The notes below the pieces were generated by a model, which was given only the letters and a program-made list of their open reading frames with translations, was not told the DNA's origin and did not search any database. Shown piece after piece: positions 1 through 8,383 of a stretch of 64,000 nucleotides of DNA. A program made the position numbers and the translations under genes. Position 1 is the first letter of the stretch; each line of letters opens with the position of its first letter. This stretch comes from a virus (taxonomy: Duplodnaviria > Caudoviricetes): IMG/VR virus record IMGVR_UViG_3300005841_000939; one strand, given 5' to 3'.

Positions 1-251
1 TTTGGAATTTTTACCATATCATCCCAACGATAACCTTCTAATATATGCTTCTTTTCTATTTCTGAATAAAATACATGATTAGGTACATCCTTACCATACC
101 GCTTAATAAAGAATGCACATAAAATATGATGCAATGTGTCTTGAACATCTTCTATGGATATACATGGAGGACCTTGATCATATCTCTCACACTTTTCCAA
201 TAACTGCCGTATTGTTATTATCCTATATCCAATGTCTAATCTAATTCTCAT
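1..251 (-). CDS. KxxR-array protein (runs off window edge)
   Basis: Hand translation MRIRLDIGYRIITIRQLLEKCERYDQGPP...; open to position 1; motif KCERYD. Confidence 0.6.
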   Translation of the reverse strand, partial: MRIRLDIGYRIITIRQLLEKCERYDQGPPCISIEDVQDTLHHILCAFFIKRYGKDVPNHVFYSEIEKKHILEGYRWDDMVKIP

Positions 252-384
252 CTAAGTATTTGTCTTTTATATCTTTAAGTATTATTTCAACATAATCTGA
301 ATCTTCACAGAGAAAATAATGACATTGTCTATTTTCTTTAGCAATAAATACACTAATTCTAAAATCTTTATGATAAAACGCCAC
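241..384 (-). CDS. KxxR-array mini-protein, 47 aa
   Basis: Hand translation from GTG: ...FIAKENRQCHYFLCEDSDYVEIILKDIKDKYLDEN*. Confidence 0.55.
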   Translation of the reverse strand: MAFYHKDFRISVFIAKENRQCHYFLCEDSDYVEIILKDIKDKYLDEN

Positions 385-389
385 ACTAA

Positions 390-734
390 TTAACCTAAAT
401 TAATTTTATAGGACTGAGTATTATCAAACAATATCTCCATAAGCTTTGCAGTACTATTACGCTTTATATGTCTTTCTGCATATCTTTCAACTAGTGATTC
501 CCATGTAATCTCTATGTTATCCTTTCTATATGTTTTTAAGAAAGGTGAATATCCATACCGTGTTTCTTTATGACTATAAACTAATTCACCATATTTCCTA
601 GCAACAGCTTTTGGAATAGGTCTATCACAGGAAACTAATTCAGATGGAATAAAATTTGGAAAAGGGGCATTAACTGTCGGGAAATGTATATCATCAAAAC
701 TCATTTTAAATTTCCTTTTGCAGCATATTTCCAT
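390..734 (-). CDS. KxxR-array protein
   Basis: Motif KETRY; ITWESLVERY shared with 701 and 17302 ORFs. Confidence 0.75.
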   Translation of the reverse strand: MEICCKRKFKMSFDDIHFPTVNAPFPNFIPSELVSCDRPIPKAVARKYGELVYSHKETRYGYSPFLKTYRKDNIEITWESLVERYAERHIKRNSTAKLMEILFDNTQSYKINLG

Positions 735-898
735 CTAGATTCGGATATTAAATTATCCCATGTTGCTTTAACATTACCAGAATCATAATTATATCCTTTG
801 TAATTGTTTCGGGTTTCTTTAAGAAATAAATCAATAAATTTGTAAGAAACATCAAATTCTCTTAAATAAATTCCTGGTTTTATATAATTTGTACTCAT
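701..898 (-). CDS. KxxR-array protein
   Basis: Motif KETRNNY. Confidence 0.75.
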   Translation of the reverse strand: MSTNYIKPGIYLREFDVSYKFIDLFLKETRNNYKGYNYDSGNVKATWDNLISESRWKYAAKGNLK

Positions 899-1143
899 TC
901 GTTAACTTTCGTTTAGCTTTTAAAAACTTCTTGACTTGCGGCATTTCTGTGGTAAGATAAATTTTTAGGCTCGGCAAGGAAGGCAACCAAGTTTACAGAC
1001 CCATTTGCTTACTAGAATACCGCTAAGCCGTTTATTGTTATGTTCCTTTATCAATACCTTATTCATATTCATTTTCTTACTCATTTCCCTTTTACTCGTA
1101 TTGGTAATATCTTATTAGCATGTGGCATTGGATTACCGATATA

Positions 1144-1512
1144 TCATGCAACTTTATTAATTCTTTTAATACAAAGCTCTTTCATATAGATTGTTTTATT
1201 TTGGCCTTCAGTAACTAGAGTGTAGAAACATTTTGATTCTATATCTATACCTGCATGCATATTCCATAAGACAGAATCAAGGGATTCCATTTCAGAATCA
1301 CTTGTAGTGTCTATTGAAGCCTTTCTCCATAGAAATACATTTTTAATATGAAGAAAGGCTTGACTAGCTTCTATTGGTTTAGATACTAAATGTCTATCTT
1401 CTTTAGGAAAACAGAATATCACATGGAATCGTTTTCCATGAATAGTTTTATTAAAGCCTTCAATTGGTAATGAAGCATTGCGTTCAGTTGAATAGAATTG
1501 CCAATTACTCAT
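1144..1512 (-). CDS. KxxR-array protein (paralogue of 2456-2752)
   Basis: MSNWQFY...FPKEDRH...IKNVFLW. Confidence 0.8.
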   Translation of the reverse strand: MSNWQFYSTERNASLPIEGFNKTIHGKRFHVIFCFPKEDRHLVSKPIEASQAFLHIKNVFLWRKASIDTTSDSEMESLDSVLWNMHAGIDIESKCFYTLVTEGQNKTIYMKELCIKRINKVA

Positions 1513-1712
1513 AGTCTATCCTTGTCTATGCGGGATTGGATTACTGACCTATTATGTAATGAAATAGCTCTATCATTATATGCCCATATTCCTCTTGGAT
1601 CTGATTTCATCCATGACATCTGTAAGAAATCACTTTTTAATTGAGTAAGGCCTGCCAGACCGGTATGATTTAGTCTAAAATGTCTAGTTTCTTTAATTGA
1701 ATTCCTATTCAT
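1509..1712 (-). CDS. KxxR-array protein
   Basis: Motif KETRH; 4-nt overlap with next gene. Confidence 0.7.
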   Translation of the reverse strand: MNRNSIKETRHFRLNHTGLAGLTQLKSDFLQMSWMKSDPRGIWAYNDRAISLHNRSVIQSRIDKDRL

Positions 1713-2139
1713 AATACCAATCAGGATCCATGAGCGTTAACAGTTTAAATGAGAATATTCCTAAGTCCAAGAAAGAGAAGAATTTAACTAGTCGGAATAG
1801 GAGAGACTTCTTTGGTTTTGGTTGTTCAATGACACGTATACCTGTATCTCTACATGCAGCTACAAACATTGGATACGTAATGAGTGTTTTATCTATTTTA
1901 ATTCGGAATAGTTTGACAAGTACTGGATTCTCTTCTATGAGGACCTCTGTACTTGTAACTTTAGAGAGGAATTTTCTTACGAGACCGTGTACCACCCATT
2001 GTTGCAAAGCACTGGAAACATAGACATCCCTATGGGTTTGATCATGGCAATATGTTTGGCGGGTTATCATGACATCATCAAAATCATGCTGACCAGCAAT
2101 AAGAACAATTTTACCTGCAGAAGTTAATTGAGCTATCAT
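1705..2139 (-). CDS. KxxR-array protein
   Basis: Motif ITRQTY. Confidence 0.75.
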   Translation of the reverse strand: MIAQLTSAGKIVLIAGQHDFDDVMITRQTYCHDQTHRDVYVSSALQQWVVHGLVRKFLSKVTSTEVLIEENPVLVKLFRIKIDKTLITYPMFVAACRDTGIRVIEQPKPKKSLLFRLVKFFSFLDLGIFSFKLLTLMDPDWYYE

Positions 2140-2456
2140 ATTGTTGATTTACTTACTTGTATACCGTTATCTTCATAGAGAAGTGCTTGTGGATTTCTAC
2201 CTTTCTTTATTTTATGGATTTGGATAGGTGTGAGGTCTTTTATTCTAAATCCATTGTCAATAATATTTTTAACAACCATAAGTTCATGGACCGAATTTTC
2301 TCTTGTAAACATATTCGTAATTCTTTGAACCTGACAGTTGTGTGTAAGATATATGCTCTTGAGATGAGGAAATATGTTATGGATTCTGTGATTGATAGGA
2401 AAAATCCTATCTTGTCTACTAAATTTATGATCTGTATTGAACCAATCAATCTGCAT
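2136..2456 (-). CDS. KxxR-array protein
   Basis: Motif KFSRQD. Confidence 0.7.
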   Translation of the reverse strand: MQIDWFNTDHKFSRQDRIFPINHRIHNIFPHLKSIYLTHNCQVQRITNMFTRENSVHELMVVKNIIDNGFRIKDLTPIQIHKIKKGRNPQALLYEDNGIQVSKSTI

Positions 2457-2752
2457 TATTTTCTTCTTGTCCTAAAGCTTTTTATGGGATCTTCTGTACC
2501 CATTTTCATATACCATAAAGTAGCATCAAGAGTAGTCATATCATCAATGATGTCTATGTTTAACTTTAGGAATTTCCATAAGAACATTTCTTTTATATTC
2601 ATGAGAGAACCTGAGCTTTCAAGCTCACGAAAGATCGTATGTCTATCTTCTTTAGGGAAGTACGCTAACTCGCGGAAGACCTTTCCTTGAAAATTACATG
2701 TTCTTCTAAACATATACGCATGCGTACCCTCATAAAATTTCCAATTACTCAT
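2456..2752 (-). CDS. KxxR-array protein (paralogue of 1144-1512)
   Basis: MSNWKFY...FPKEDRH...IKEMFLW. Confidence 0.8.
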   Translation of the reverse strand: MSNWKFYEGTHAYMFRRTCNFQGKVFRELAYFPKEDRHTIFRELESSGSLMNIKEMFLWKFLKLNIDIIDDMTTLDATLWYMKMGTEDPIKSFRTRRK

Positions 2753-2979
2753 ATGTCATCTATTCCTGTTATGGTCGCATACTTATTAGACATAACTCCA
2801 ACATCATCACCGTAATATTCTAAGAAATCGCTATTAAACACAAGAGCTTGTTCCTCAAGAGTCCATTCAATCCCTTTACCTTTAAAGAAATGTCTTTTGC
2901 GTAATTCCAATTCATGAATAGGGTCGTAGGTAAATCTTCGTTGGCGACATTCTTTACAAAAAATTAATCGTTTATGCAT
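2749..2979 (-). CDS. KxxR-array protein (paralogue of 3239-3421)
   Basis: Motif KECRQ; IEWTLEEQA. Confidence 0.75.
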   Translation of the reverse strand: MHKRLIFCKECRQRRFTYDPIHELELRKRHFFKGKGIEWTLEEQALVFNSDFLEYYGDDVGVMSNKYATITGIDDI

Positions 2980-3089
2980 CGGAAATAATAGTGATTAAAA
3001 AGATAGAAAGGGGGTAAGTGGCATTCTGCATCGCAAATATGTATAAATACTGATTATCCGTTCATAAATTCATCTTTGCGGTCATAGAC

Positions 3090-3242
3090 TTACAACTTTG
3101 TTGGCTTTAATAATGCTGGAATGAGTGATTTATCGGCATCCCTCGTCCATAATCTGACGCAATATGAGTGTCTAAATTTTCTCCATTTTTCCATATCTGG
3201 CGGCTGAGGTTCTGTATACCTATTAATTATTAAACGTGTCAT
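3090..3242 (-). CDS. KxxR-array mini-protein, 50 aa
   Basis: Hand translation MTRLIINRYTEPQPPDMEKWRKFRHSY...; ATG overlaps upstream stop. Confidence 0.6.
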   Translation of the reverse strand: MTRLIINRYTEPQPPDMEKWRKFRHSYCVRLWTRDADKSLIPALLKPTKL

Positions 3243-3421
3243 GAGTCTTGAAATAGACCTTCAGGGATCATGGCATCACAATAAACTTTTGCTTGTTCTC
3301 GGATAGACCATTCAATGTTTCTTATGACGAAGAATTCTACTTTTAACATGTCAACATAGGCCTCAGAATAAAACATACACCTATAGTATCTTGTTTCCTT
3401 TATGAAGAGTGATCCGTTCAT
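3239..3421 (-). CDS. KxxR-array protein
   Basis: Motif KETRYY; IEWSIREQA. Confidence 0.75.
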   Translation of the reverse strand: MNGSLFIKETRYYRCMFYSEAYVDMLKVEFFVIRNIEWSIREQAKVYCDAMIPEGLFQDS

Positions 3422-3642
3422 ATATTAACTGGAGGTTGTGGGCAGAGAATGGTATTGATTCTATGTTGGTTATCAAGTAATGACTCACGCATACCTTCTT
3501 CATGTATGAACTCTTCTATAAGAATTGCTACGTCATACTCTATCCAATAAATTAGCAATTTTTTATCCGTCAATCGGTTTATTTTTTTGTCATCATATAT
3601 CATGCGTTGTGTATTCATGAATAAGACGAATTCCGTGTACAT
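3418..3642 (-). CDS. KxxR-array protein
   Basis: Motif KINRLT; NQHRI. Confidence 0.7.
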   Translation of the reverse strand: MYTEFVLFMNTQRMIYDDKKINRLTDKKLLIYWIEYDVAILIEEFIHEEGMRESLLDNQHRINTILCPQPPVNI

Positions 3643-3883
3643 CTAGGAAATTTTGGACATCAAGATTATCATACATAGTTTTTTCGGTTAATTTTAATGC
3701 TTTCACAACAAATTCTATTCCATATATAAAAAACAGAAATTCATCAGCCCTATATGTACAGTTGTATAAGCTTTTAGGATGATGATATTCAAGAGATAGA
3801 TCAGGTGATAAAAACTTACTTTTAAGTGCATTAAATCCATAGGTAACGGAATGATAGCAATATGTATGTCTATTTTCTTTCAT
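3593..3883 (-). CDS. KxxR-array protein (paralogue of 5257-5529)
   Basis: MKENRHTY...ADEFLFF. Confidence 0.8.
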   Translation of the reverse strand: MKENRHTYCYHSVTYGFNALKSKFLSPDLSLEYHHPKSLYNCTYRADEFLFFIYGIEFVVKALKLTEKTMYDNLDVQNFLDVHGIRLIHEYTTHDI

Positions 3884-4152
3884 TATTTGAATAGACCCTG
3901 AATACCATATTGATCAAGTATGCACTTTTGTTTTATATCTTTAATTCGGTATTCATTGGCTATGAATGAATTAGGGTTTAAGTTAGATGAAGGATTATCC
4001 GAGGTAATTATTAAACTATCATCTCGTTTCCAACCAAATACATATTCCTTTAATTCAACTAAAGCCATAATTTTTGACTTAAAATTGAAGGGATTTTTAT
4101 ATTGATTTTGCCTATTTATTGGAGTATTGATAAGGGTCAAAATATCTGTCAT
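3883..4152 (-). CDS. KxxR-array protein (paralogue of 4973-5260)
   Basis: PINRQ...FGWKRDDS...ANEYRI. Confidence 0.8.
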   Translation of the reverse strand: MTDILTLINTPINRQNQYKNPFNFKSKIMALVELKEYVFGWKRDDSLIITSDNPSSNLNPNSFIANEYRIKDIKQKCILDQYGIQGLFK

Positions 4153-4297
4153 ATGTTTCCATTAAAATACTTTGAATTCGCAGGTCATTTGTTCTTATAT
4201 AAATAGAAGGTTTTATTTTTAAGAAGCTTTCTCGTATTTTGCAAGTATACAATAAAAGATCCCCAGCGAAAGGATATGTATTTCTATTGACCTTAAT
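4112..4297 (-). CDS. KxxR-array member lacking ATG (ATT start or pseudogene), 61 aa
   Basis: Open frame (M)KVNRNTYPFAGDLLLYTCKIRESFLK...TNDLRI; AAGGA 7 nt upstream of ATT. Confidence 0.55.
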   Translation of the reverse strand: MKVNRNTYPFAGDLLLYTCKIRESFLKIKPSIYIRTNDLRIQSILMETYDRYFDPYQYSNK

Positions 4298-4310
4298 ACG
4301 ATATTCCTTA

Positions 4311-4562
4311 TTATTTTATTATACTATCTTTATAGTTATAAGAAGAGAATGAATTACCTAGCCAGTCAGGTTGATGGCATTCTGGTTTAAATCCCCAAAA
4401 TTCTATAAGTTGTTTATGTGTTACAACTTTGTCCCATAATGTTCTTTTGCGGCTTTTTAAATATTCTAGAACAACACGACTTTGCCAATCTTCAAAATAA
4501 TACTTCACTACTGAAGAATCGTAGGTATATCTAGTAGCTTTCATAGTGAAGCGAATCAACAT
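4311..4562 (-). CDS. KxxR-array protein
   Basis: Motif KATRYTY. Confidence 0.75.
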   Translation of the reverse strand: MLIRFTMKATRYTYDSSVVKYYFEDWQSRVVLEYLKSRKRTLWDKVVTHKQLIEFWGFKPECHQPDWLGNSFSSYNYKDSIIK

Positions 4563-4566
4563 AATT

Positions 4567-4971
4567 TTATTTTTTAGACTGGAGGCTGATATTGAAAAAC
4601 TTTTGTATATTTTCCATGTTATGATCTGAATTGTTCATGAAATTATTTAAGTCTAGCAATAAATAAGGGTCTTCTTTAATAACACTAGGACATAATTTTA
4701 TTCCGTATCCAGCCGCAACTATTGGAAAATCACGATGATTATATATGAAGTTTTCATTTACTTTTAAAATTATGCGTAATTGTTTTAGATGATTAGAAAA
4801 TTTAAGAAAAGTATTTGCCCTCTCATCACATGCATATAAAGTTTTTTCTTGTGAATAATGTATATAAAAATCTAGATCATATTTTTCAAAAAATCTTCTT
4901 TTTAATGCTGTTATAGACACTACCATATCATAAATTGAAGGAAGTTCTTCTGAATGTCTATTTATTTTCAT
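4567..4971 (-). CDS. KxxR-array protein
   Basis: MKINRHS. Confidence 0.75.
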   Translation of the reverse strand: MKINRHSEELPSIYDMVVSITALKRRFFEKYDLDFYIHYSQEKTLYACDERANTFLKFSNHLKQLRIILKVNENFIYNHRDFPIVAAGYGIKLCPSVIKEDPYLLLDLNNFMNNSDHNMENIQKFFNISLQSKK

Positions 4972-4972
4972 T

Positions 4973-5260
4973 TTAGGTCAAGTATCTAAATTTAGTTGGT
5001 GCTGACATATATTTTTCAAAATCTTCTGATTTAATAAGTTCTCTAATTCGGAATTCGTTAGAGATAAAAGATTCTGGCTTATGTGTCCTTGTTTTTGTAA
5101 TCTCATTGTAGATAAATGAATCTTTCCGTTTCCATCCAAAGTAAGATTCCTTAAGAATAATAATGCAAGTAATGCGATCCCTTGGAGCATATCTCTCTAT
5201 ATACGTGTGTCTATTCATCTTTTCTTGAATAGATTGTAGTGTGTGCATGGTTTCAATCAT
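4973..5260 (-). CDS. KxxR-array protein
   Basis: KMNRHTY...FGWKRKDS...SNEFRI. Confidence 0.8.
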   Translation of the reverse strand: MIETMHTLQSIQEKMNRHTYIERYAPRDRITCIIILKESYFGWKRKDSFIYNEITKTRTHKPESFISNEFRIRELIKSEDFEKYMSAPTKFRYLT

Positions 5261-5529
5261 GAAATTAGTTTAATATCATAACTGTTAAGACAATTAATAA
5301 CACGCTGATTAGTAAATATATCCTTATCTTTTATTCCTAGGTCTTTTTTAGCAGCATCAACCCAACGTGAGAAAAAATAGAATTCATCTGCTTTGACAGA
5401 ATACCATTGCAGACCTTTAAATACATTTAAAGATAATGGAAGGAGATTTGGTCTAAACTCCGATTTTAATGTAGTAAATCCGGTATAAACACTTAGCTTG
5501 CCTTTATATGTTTGTCTATTTTCTTTCAT
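5257..5529 (-). CDS. KxxR-array protein
   Basis: MKENRQTY...ADEFYFF. Confidence 0.8.
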   Translation of the reverse strand: MKENRQTYKGKLSVYTGFTTLKSEFRPNLLPLSLNVFKGLQWYSVKADEFYFFSRWVDAAKKDLGIKDKDIFTNQRVINCLNSYDIKLIS

Positions 5530-5536
5530 TTAATTA

Positions 5537-5779
5537 TCAGTCTTGCGCTGCATCCAAAGAATCTTTAAGGTATTGGTCTTTTCTTATTTCTAATATTCTT
5601 TTTTCATTTGCTGTAATTGATCTATCATTTGAATATATATTAGGCTCATCATAAGTTTTTGTTATGCCAAAAAATGTGTATTTAATATCTCTAAGAAAAA
5701 TAATAGGTGATCTTGGAAAATTATTTTTATATGTCTGTCTATTAAATTTTATTTTTAAAATTTTTATTGCAGGTAACAT
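5537..5779 (-). CDS. KxxR-array protein
   Basis: KFNRQTY...ANEKRI. Confidence 0.8.
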   Translation of the reverse strand: MLPAIKILKIKFNRQTYKNNFPRSPIIFLRDIKYTFFGITKTYDEPNIYSNDRSITANEKRILEIRKDQYLKDSLDAAQD

Positions 5780-5780
5780 G

Positions 5781-5975
5781 TTAATATAATACTATACTAA
5801 TATTTTCAATACGAAATCTAGGTGGAAATAAAAGTTCTCTTACTCTATCTTCATATTCAAACATCATTTTCATATTTTTATCATCTGTGTAATTTAAAAA
5901 ACGATATTTCAACATGACTATTCCAGCAAATGGAGGATTTTTAATATATGTATTCCTATTTTGTTTTATTGGCAT
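5781..5975 (-). CDS. KxxR-array protein
   Basis: KQNRNTY...YEDRV. Confidence 0.75.
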   Translation of the reverse strand: MPIKQNRNTYIKNPPFAGIVMLKYRFLNYTDDKNMKMMFEYEDRVRELLFPPRFRIENISIVLY

Positions 5976-6025
5976 AGTTATCTAATAACATCATTTTTTG
6001 ATAATGGGGGTTGTTTATAACTTTT

Positions 6026-6136
6026 CATTTTTCGGCTAGCACAATAATTAATTCTCCATGCACACCACGTATCCTTGATTAGTTTTTCATCATTATTCAT
6101 CAATTTGTATCTATTTAATTTAAAACTATTCTTCAT
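6026..6136 (-). CDS. KxxR-array mini-protein or truncated member, 36 aa
   Basis: Hand translation MKNSFKLNRYKLMNNDEKLIKDTWCAW... Confidence 0.45.
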
Positions 6137-6344
6137 ATTTAATATCTTTTATTCTTTTTTCATTAGCCATTATGGAATCTTTTTTGAGATAATATCCTTC
6201 GTCAATAATATCAAAACTATCCTCTTGCGTCATTTTAAGAAATGATTCTTTTACAGTGCAAGTATACAATTGATAATTTGTTATAAAAGGAGTTTTATAG
6301 GTATTTCTAAAAATTTTATTTTTAATATTATTAATGACTAACAT
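6126..6344 (-). CDS. KxxR-array protein
   Basis: KIFRNTY...YTCTVKESFLK...ANEKRI. Confidence 0.8.
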   Translation of the reverse strand: MLVINNIKNKIFRNTYKTPFITNYQLYTCTVKESFLKMTQEDSFDIIDEGYYLKKDSIMANEKRIKDIKYEE

Positions 6345-6561
6345 GTTTATTTTTCCAAACTATTTTATAAATTGCATAATAAATAACAACATTTTCAAGT
6401 TTCTTATCAGCTATGAATCTAAAAGCAGAAGCTTCATAGTTATAGGTAGTTCTTTTCGTAACATACTTAGAATACTCATTTGCCTTAGGAAAACTTTGTT
6501 TAATAATGACCCATTCTCTTACATCAAATTCTCTTATATATGATTGTCGTGTTTGCATCAT
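6331..6561 (-). CDS. KxxR-array protein
   Basis: MQTRQSY. Confidence 0.75.
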   Translation of the reverse strand: MMQTRQSYIREFDVREWVIIKQSFPKANEYSKYVTKRTTYNYEASAFRFIADKKLENVVIYYAIYKIVWKNKHVSH

Positions 6562-6731
6562 TATTTAAAAGTACCTGCCCAGCGTGTTATTTCAAATATA
6601 TCGTAAGGATCATGATTTGGATCAGCATAATAAGGACATAAATGTTTCGTGTAGACAAATCTAACATCTTTCCATAAGATTTCTACAAAATATGATTGCT
6701 GTCCTGAATATGTTTGTCTATTCTCTTTCAT
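6561..6731 (-). CDS. KxxR-array mini-protein, 56 aa
   Basis: Hand translation MKENRQTYSGQQSYFVEILWKDVRF... Confidence 0.7.
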   Translation of the reverse strand: MKENRQTYSGQQSYFVEILWKDVRFVYTKHLCPYYADPNHDPYDIFEITRWAGTFK

Positions 6732-6862
6732 TTTAATACTTCTATTATTTCGCTTTTCTTTCCTTGTTTATTCAATATACCTACACAAAATAAACGTCGT
6801 AGTACTTTCCACTGATGTTCGTTAAAAAATTTATAATATTCAAATCTATTGATTCTAGTCAT
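6728..6862 (-). CDS. KxxR-array mini-protein, 44 aa
   Basis: Hand translation MTRINRFEYYKFFNEHQWKVLRRLF...; ATGA overlap with next gene. Confidence 0.6.
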   Translation of the reverse strand: MTRINRFEYYKFFNEHQWKVLRRLFCVGILNKQGKKSEIIEVLK

Positions 6863-7061
6863 ATGCAAATCCCATTCTTACATCTCTAAATTCAGCTAGA
6901 ATATAAAAAATTTGTAAATCTCTATTCTGTAATTGTTTAGAAATTGTTAAATAACTTTCATCATCTTCAGCAATAAAATTGCTGAGTAAAGAAACAACAG
7001 AATAACCAATTTTCAAAGGGGTATATGAAAATGGATCATATGTTTGACGATTTATTTTCAT
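6855..7061 (-). CDS. KxxR-array protein
   Basis: MKINRQTY. Confidence 0.75.
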   Translation of the reverse strand: MKINRQTYDPFSYTPLKIGYSVVSLLSNFIAEDDESYLTISKQLQNRDLQIFYILAEFRDVRMGFAYD

Positions 7062-7288
7062 AAAGAAAAATTAGCAAATCCCACAGATGATTGCCCAATA
7101 TCTAATATTCTACGTTCAATCATGTAAATTGATAGTGGACCTTGAGTCATTGGATCCTCATCAAGTATATTACCTTTTAAAAGAAGAATATCATGAAATA
7201 CATGATAAGTATGATATTTTGATAACTGTCGGTTACATTTTCCTAAAGCTAAAAATAGAGGCATGCCATGTTTAAGTGATTGAATCAT
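7058..7288 (-). CDS. KxxR-array protein (paralogue of 7932-8156)
   Basis: HGMPLFL..KCNRQ...EDPMTQGPLSIYMIERRI. Confidence 0.8.
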   Translation of the reverse strand: MIQSLKHGMPLFLALGKCNRQLSKYHTYHVFHDILLLKGNILDEDPMTQGPLSIYMIERRILDIGQSSVGFANFSL

Positions 7289-7545
7289 TTTTTATATATA
7301 AACACATCATATTGCATGTTGTAGAACCTTTTGTCATTTGTTTCAATAAGAATTTTTCTTAATCTTACGTCACTGTTGTAGATAACATTATAGTTATCAT
7401 GGATAAGTCTAGCAGTCAAAAAATCTGAAACAACCTTAGTTGTTAATCCCAAGGTGGAAATAGTTTTTTTAACTGGAGGTCTATCTTGTCTAGTTATTTT
7501 ATCTTGCATAGGATTGTATTTAAATAATTGATTGAATGCGATCAT
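7285..7545 (-). CDS. KxxR-array protein
   Basis: KITRQD...NSDVRL. Confidence 0.75.
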   Translation of the reverse strand: MIAFNQLFKYNPMQDKITRQDRPPVKKTISTLGLTTKVVSDFLTARLIHDNYNVIYNSDVRLRKILIETNDKRFYNMQYDVFIYKK

Positions 7546-7678
7546 CGTTGAATTTCATCAAATCCCAATCTACAAATAAATTTTTATTATTTTTAAGAAA
7601 ACTATAATTCACTCCTATAATACCCATTAATTTAAAAATTGTTAATTTAGGATTATATGTATTTCTACTTATCTTCAT
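7520..7678 (-). CDS. KxxR-array mini-protein, 52 aa
   Basis: Hand translation MKISRNTYNPKL...FNDDRIQSII*. Confidence 0.7.
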   Translation of the reverse strand: MKISRNTYNPKLTIFKLMGIIGVNYSFLKNNKNLFVDWDLMKFNDDRIQSII

Positions 7679-7935
7679 GATATTATTTTAATTTTTAAAT
7701 AATCCATGTATTCAATAATATGTTGTAATTTATAGACAAAGTTTTCTGATAAACCTTGATTATCATAATAACCTTCTATAACATTTTTTAGACTAACTAA
7801 ATCTTCTAAAACGTGTTCTATCCTTACAACATCATGATATTCTACATCACTTAAATCTAGATAACATTCTTTTAAAGGAATTATGTCTGCTGGTTGTCCA
7901 ACATAAAAATTTGAATACCTAGAAATTTTATTCAT
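7675..7935 (-). CDS. KxxR-array protein
   Basis: MNKISRYS. Confidence 0.75.
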   Translation of the reverse strand: MNKISRYSNFYVGQPADIIPLKECYLDLSDVEYHDVVRIEHVLEDLVSLKNVIEGYYDNQGLSENFVYKLQHIIEYMDYLKIKIIS

Positions 7936-8156
7936 TTAAATGAATTATAGTAGGATTTATAATAGAGGTTTCCACTGATATTTGATATTCTACATTCAAT
8001 TTGATAAATTGATAGCATCCCTTGTTTATTAGGATCCTCTTTTATAAAATATCCCTTTAATACGCATATATCATTAAACAGACATGCATAGTTATATGTA
8101 TGTTCTTGTCTATTAGACTTAAACAAAAATAAAGGATTTCCATGTATGAACTGCAT
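7932..8156 (-). CDS. KxxR-array protein
   Basis: HGNPLFL.KSNRQ...EDPNKQGMLSIYQIECRI. Confidence 0.8.
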   Translation of the reverse strand: MQFIHGNPLFLFKSNRQEHTYNYACLFNDICVLKGYFIKEDPNKQGMLSIYQIECRISNISGNLYYKSYYNSFK

Positions 8157-8383
8157 TAAACTAAACCTTTAAACTCTATTCCATTATCGGAATCTTTATA
8201 CATAAAAAAGGATTTAGAATTATTCAGGAAAAGAAATTTAGTTAATATATATTTCCACTTGTTGTTTATTTGTTTAAACGAATCGGATTTATAGTTTTCT
8301 CTATATTCTTTTGTTAAAAATGCTGAAATAGATATAGATACAGGATCTATCGGGAAGTTTTCCATAATTATTTTTCTAAACAA
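8156..8383 (-). CDS. KxxR-array protein
   Basis: KEYRENY. Confidence 0.7.
   Translation of the reverse strand: MFRKIIMENFPIDPVSISISAFLTKEYRENYKSDSFKQINNKWKYILTKFLFLNNSKSFFMYKDSDNGIEFKGLV

Noticed and set aside
898-1144. Gap with a possible 39-aa ORF (965-1084, minus)
   Set aside because: No family motif and no other support; left unannotated.
3042-4205. Plus-strand TATAAATA at 3042-3049 and 4198-4205 as antisense late promoters
   Set aside because: The 8-mer is expected by chance in such AT-rich DNA, both lack the AAAAT extension, and the second lies inside a coding frame.
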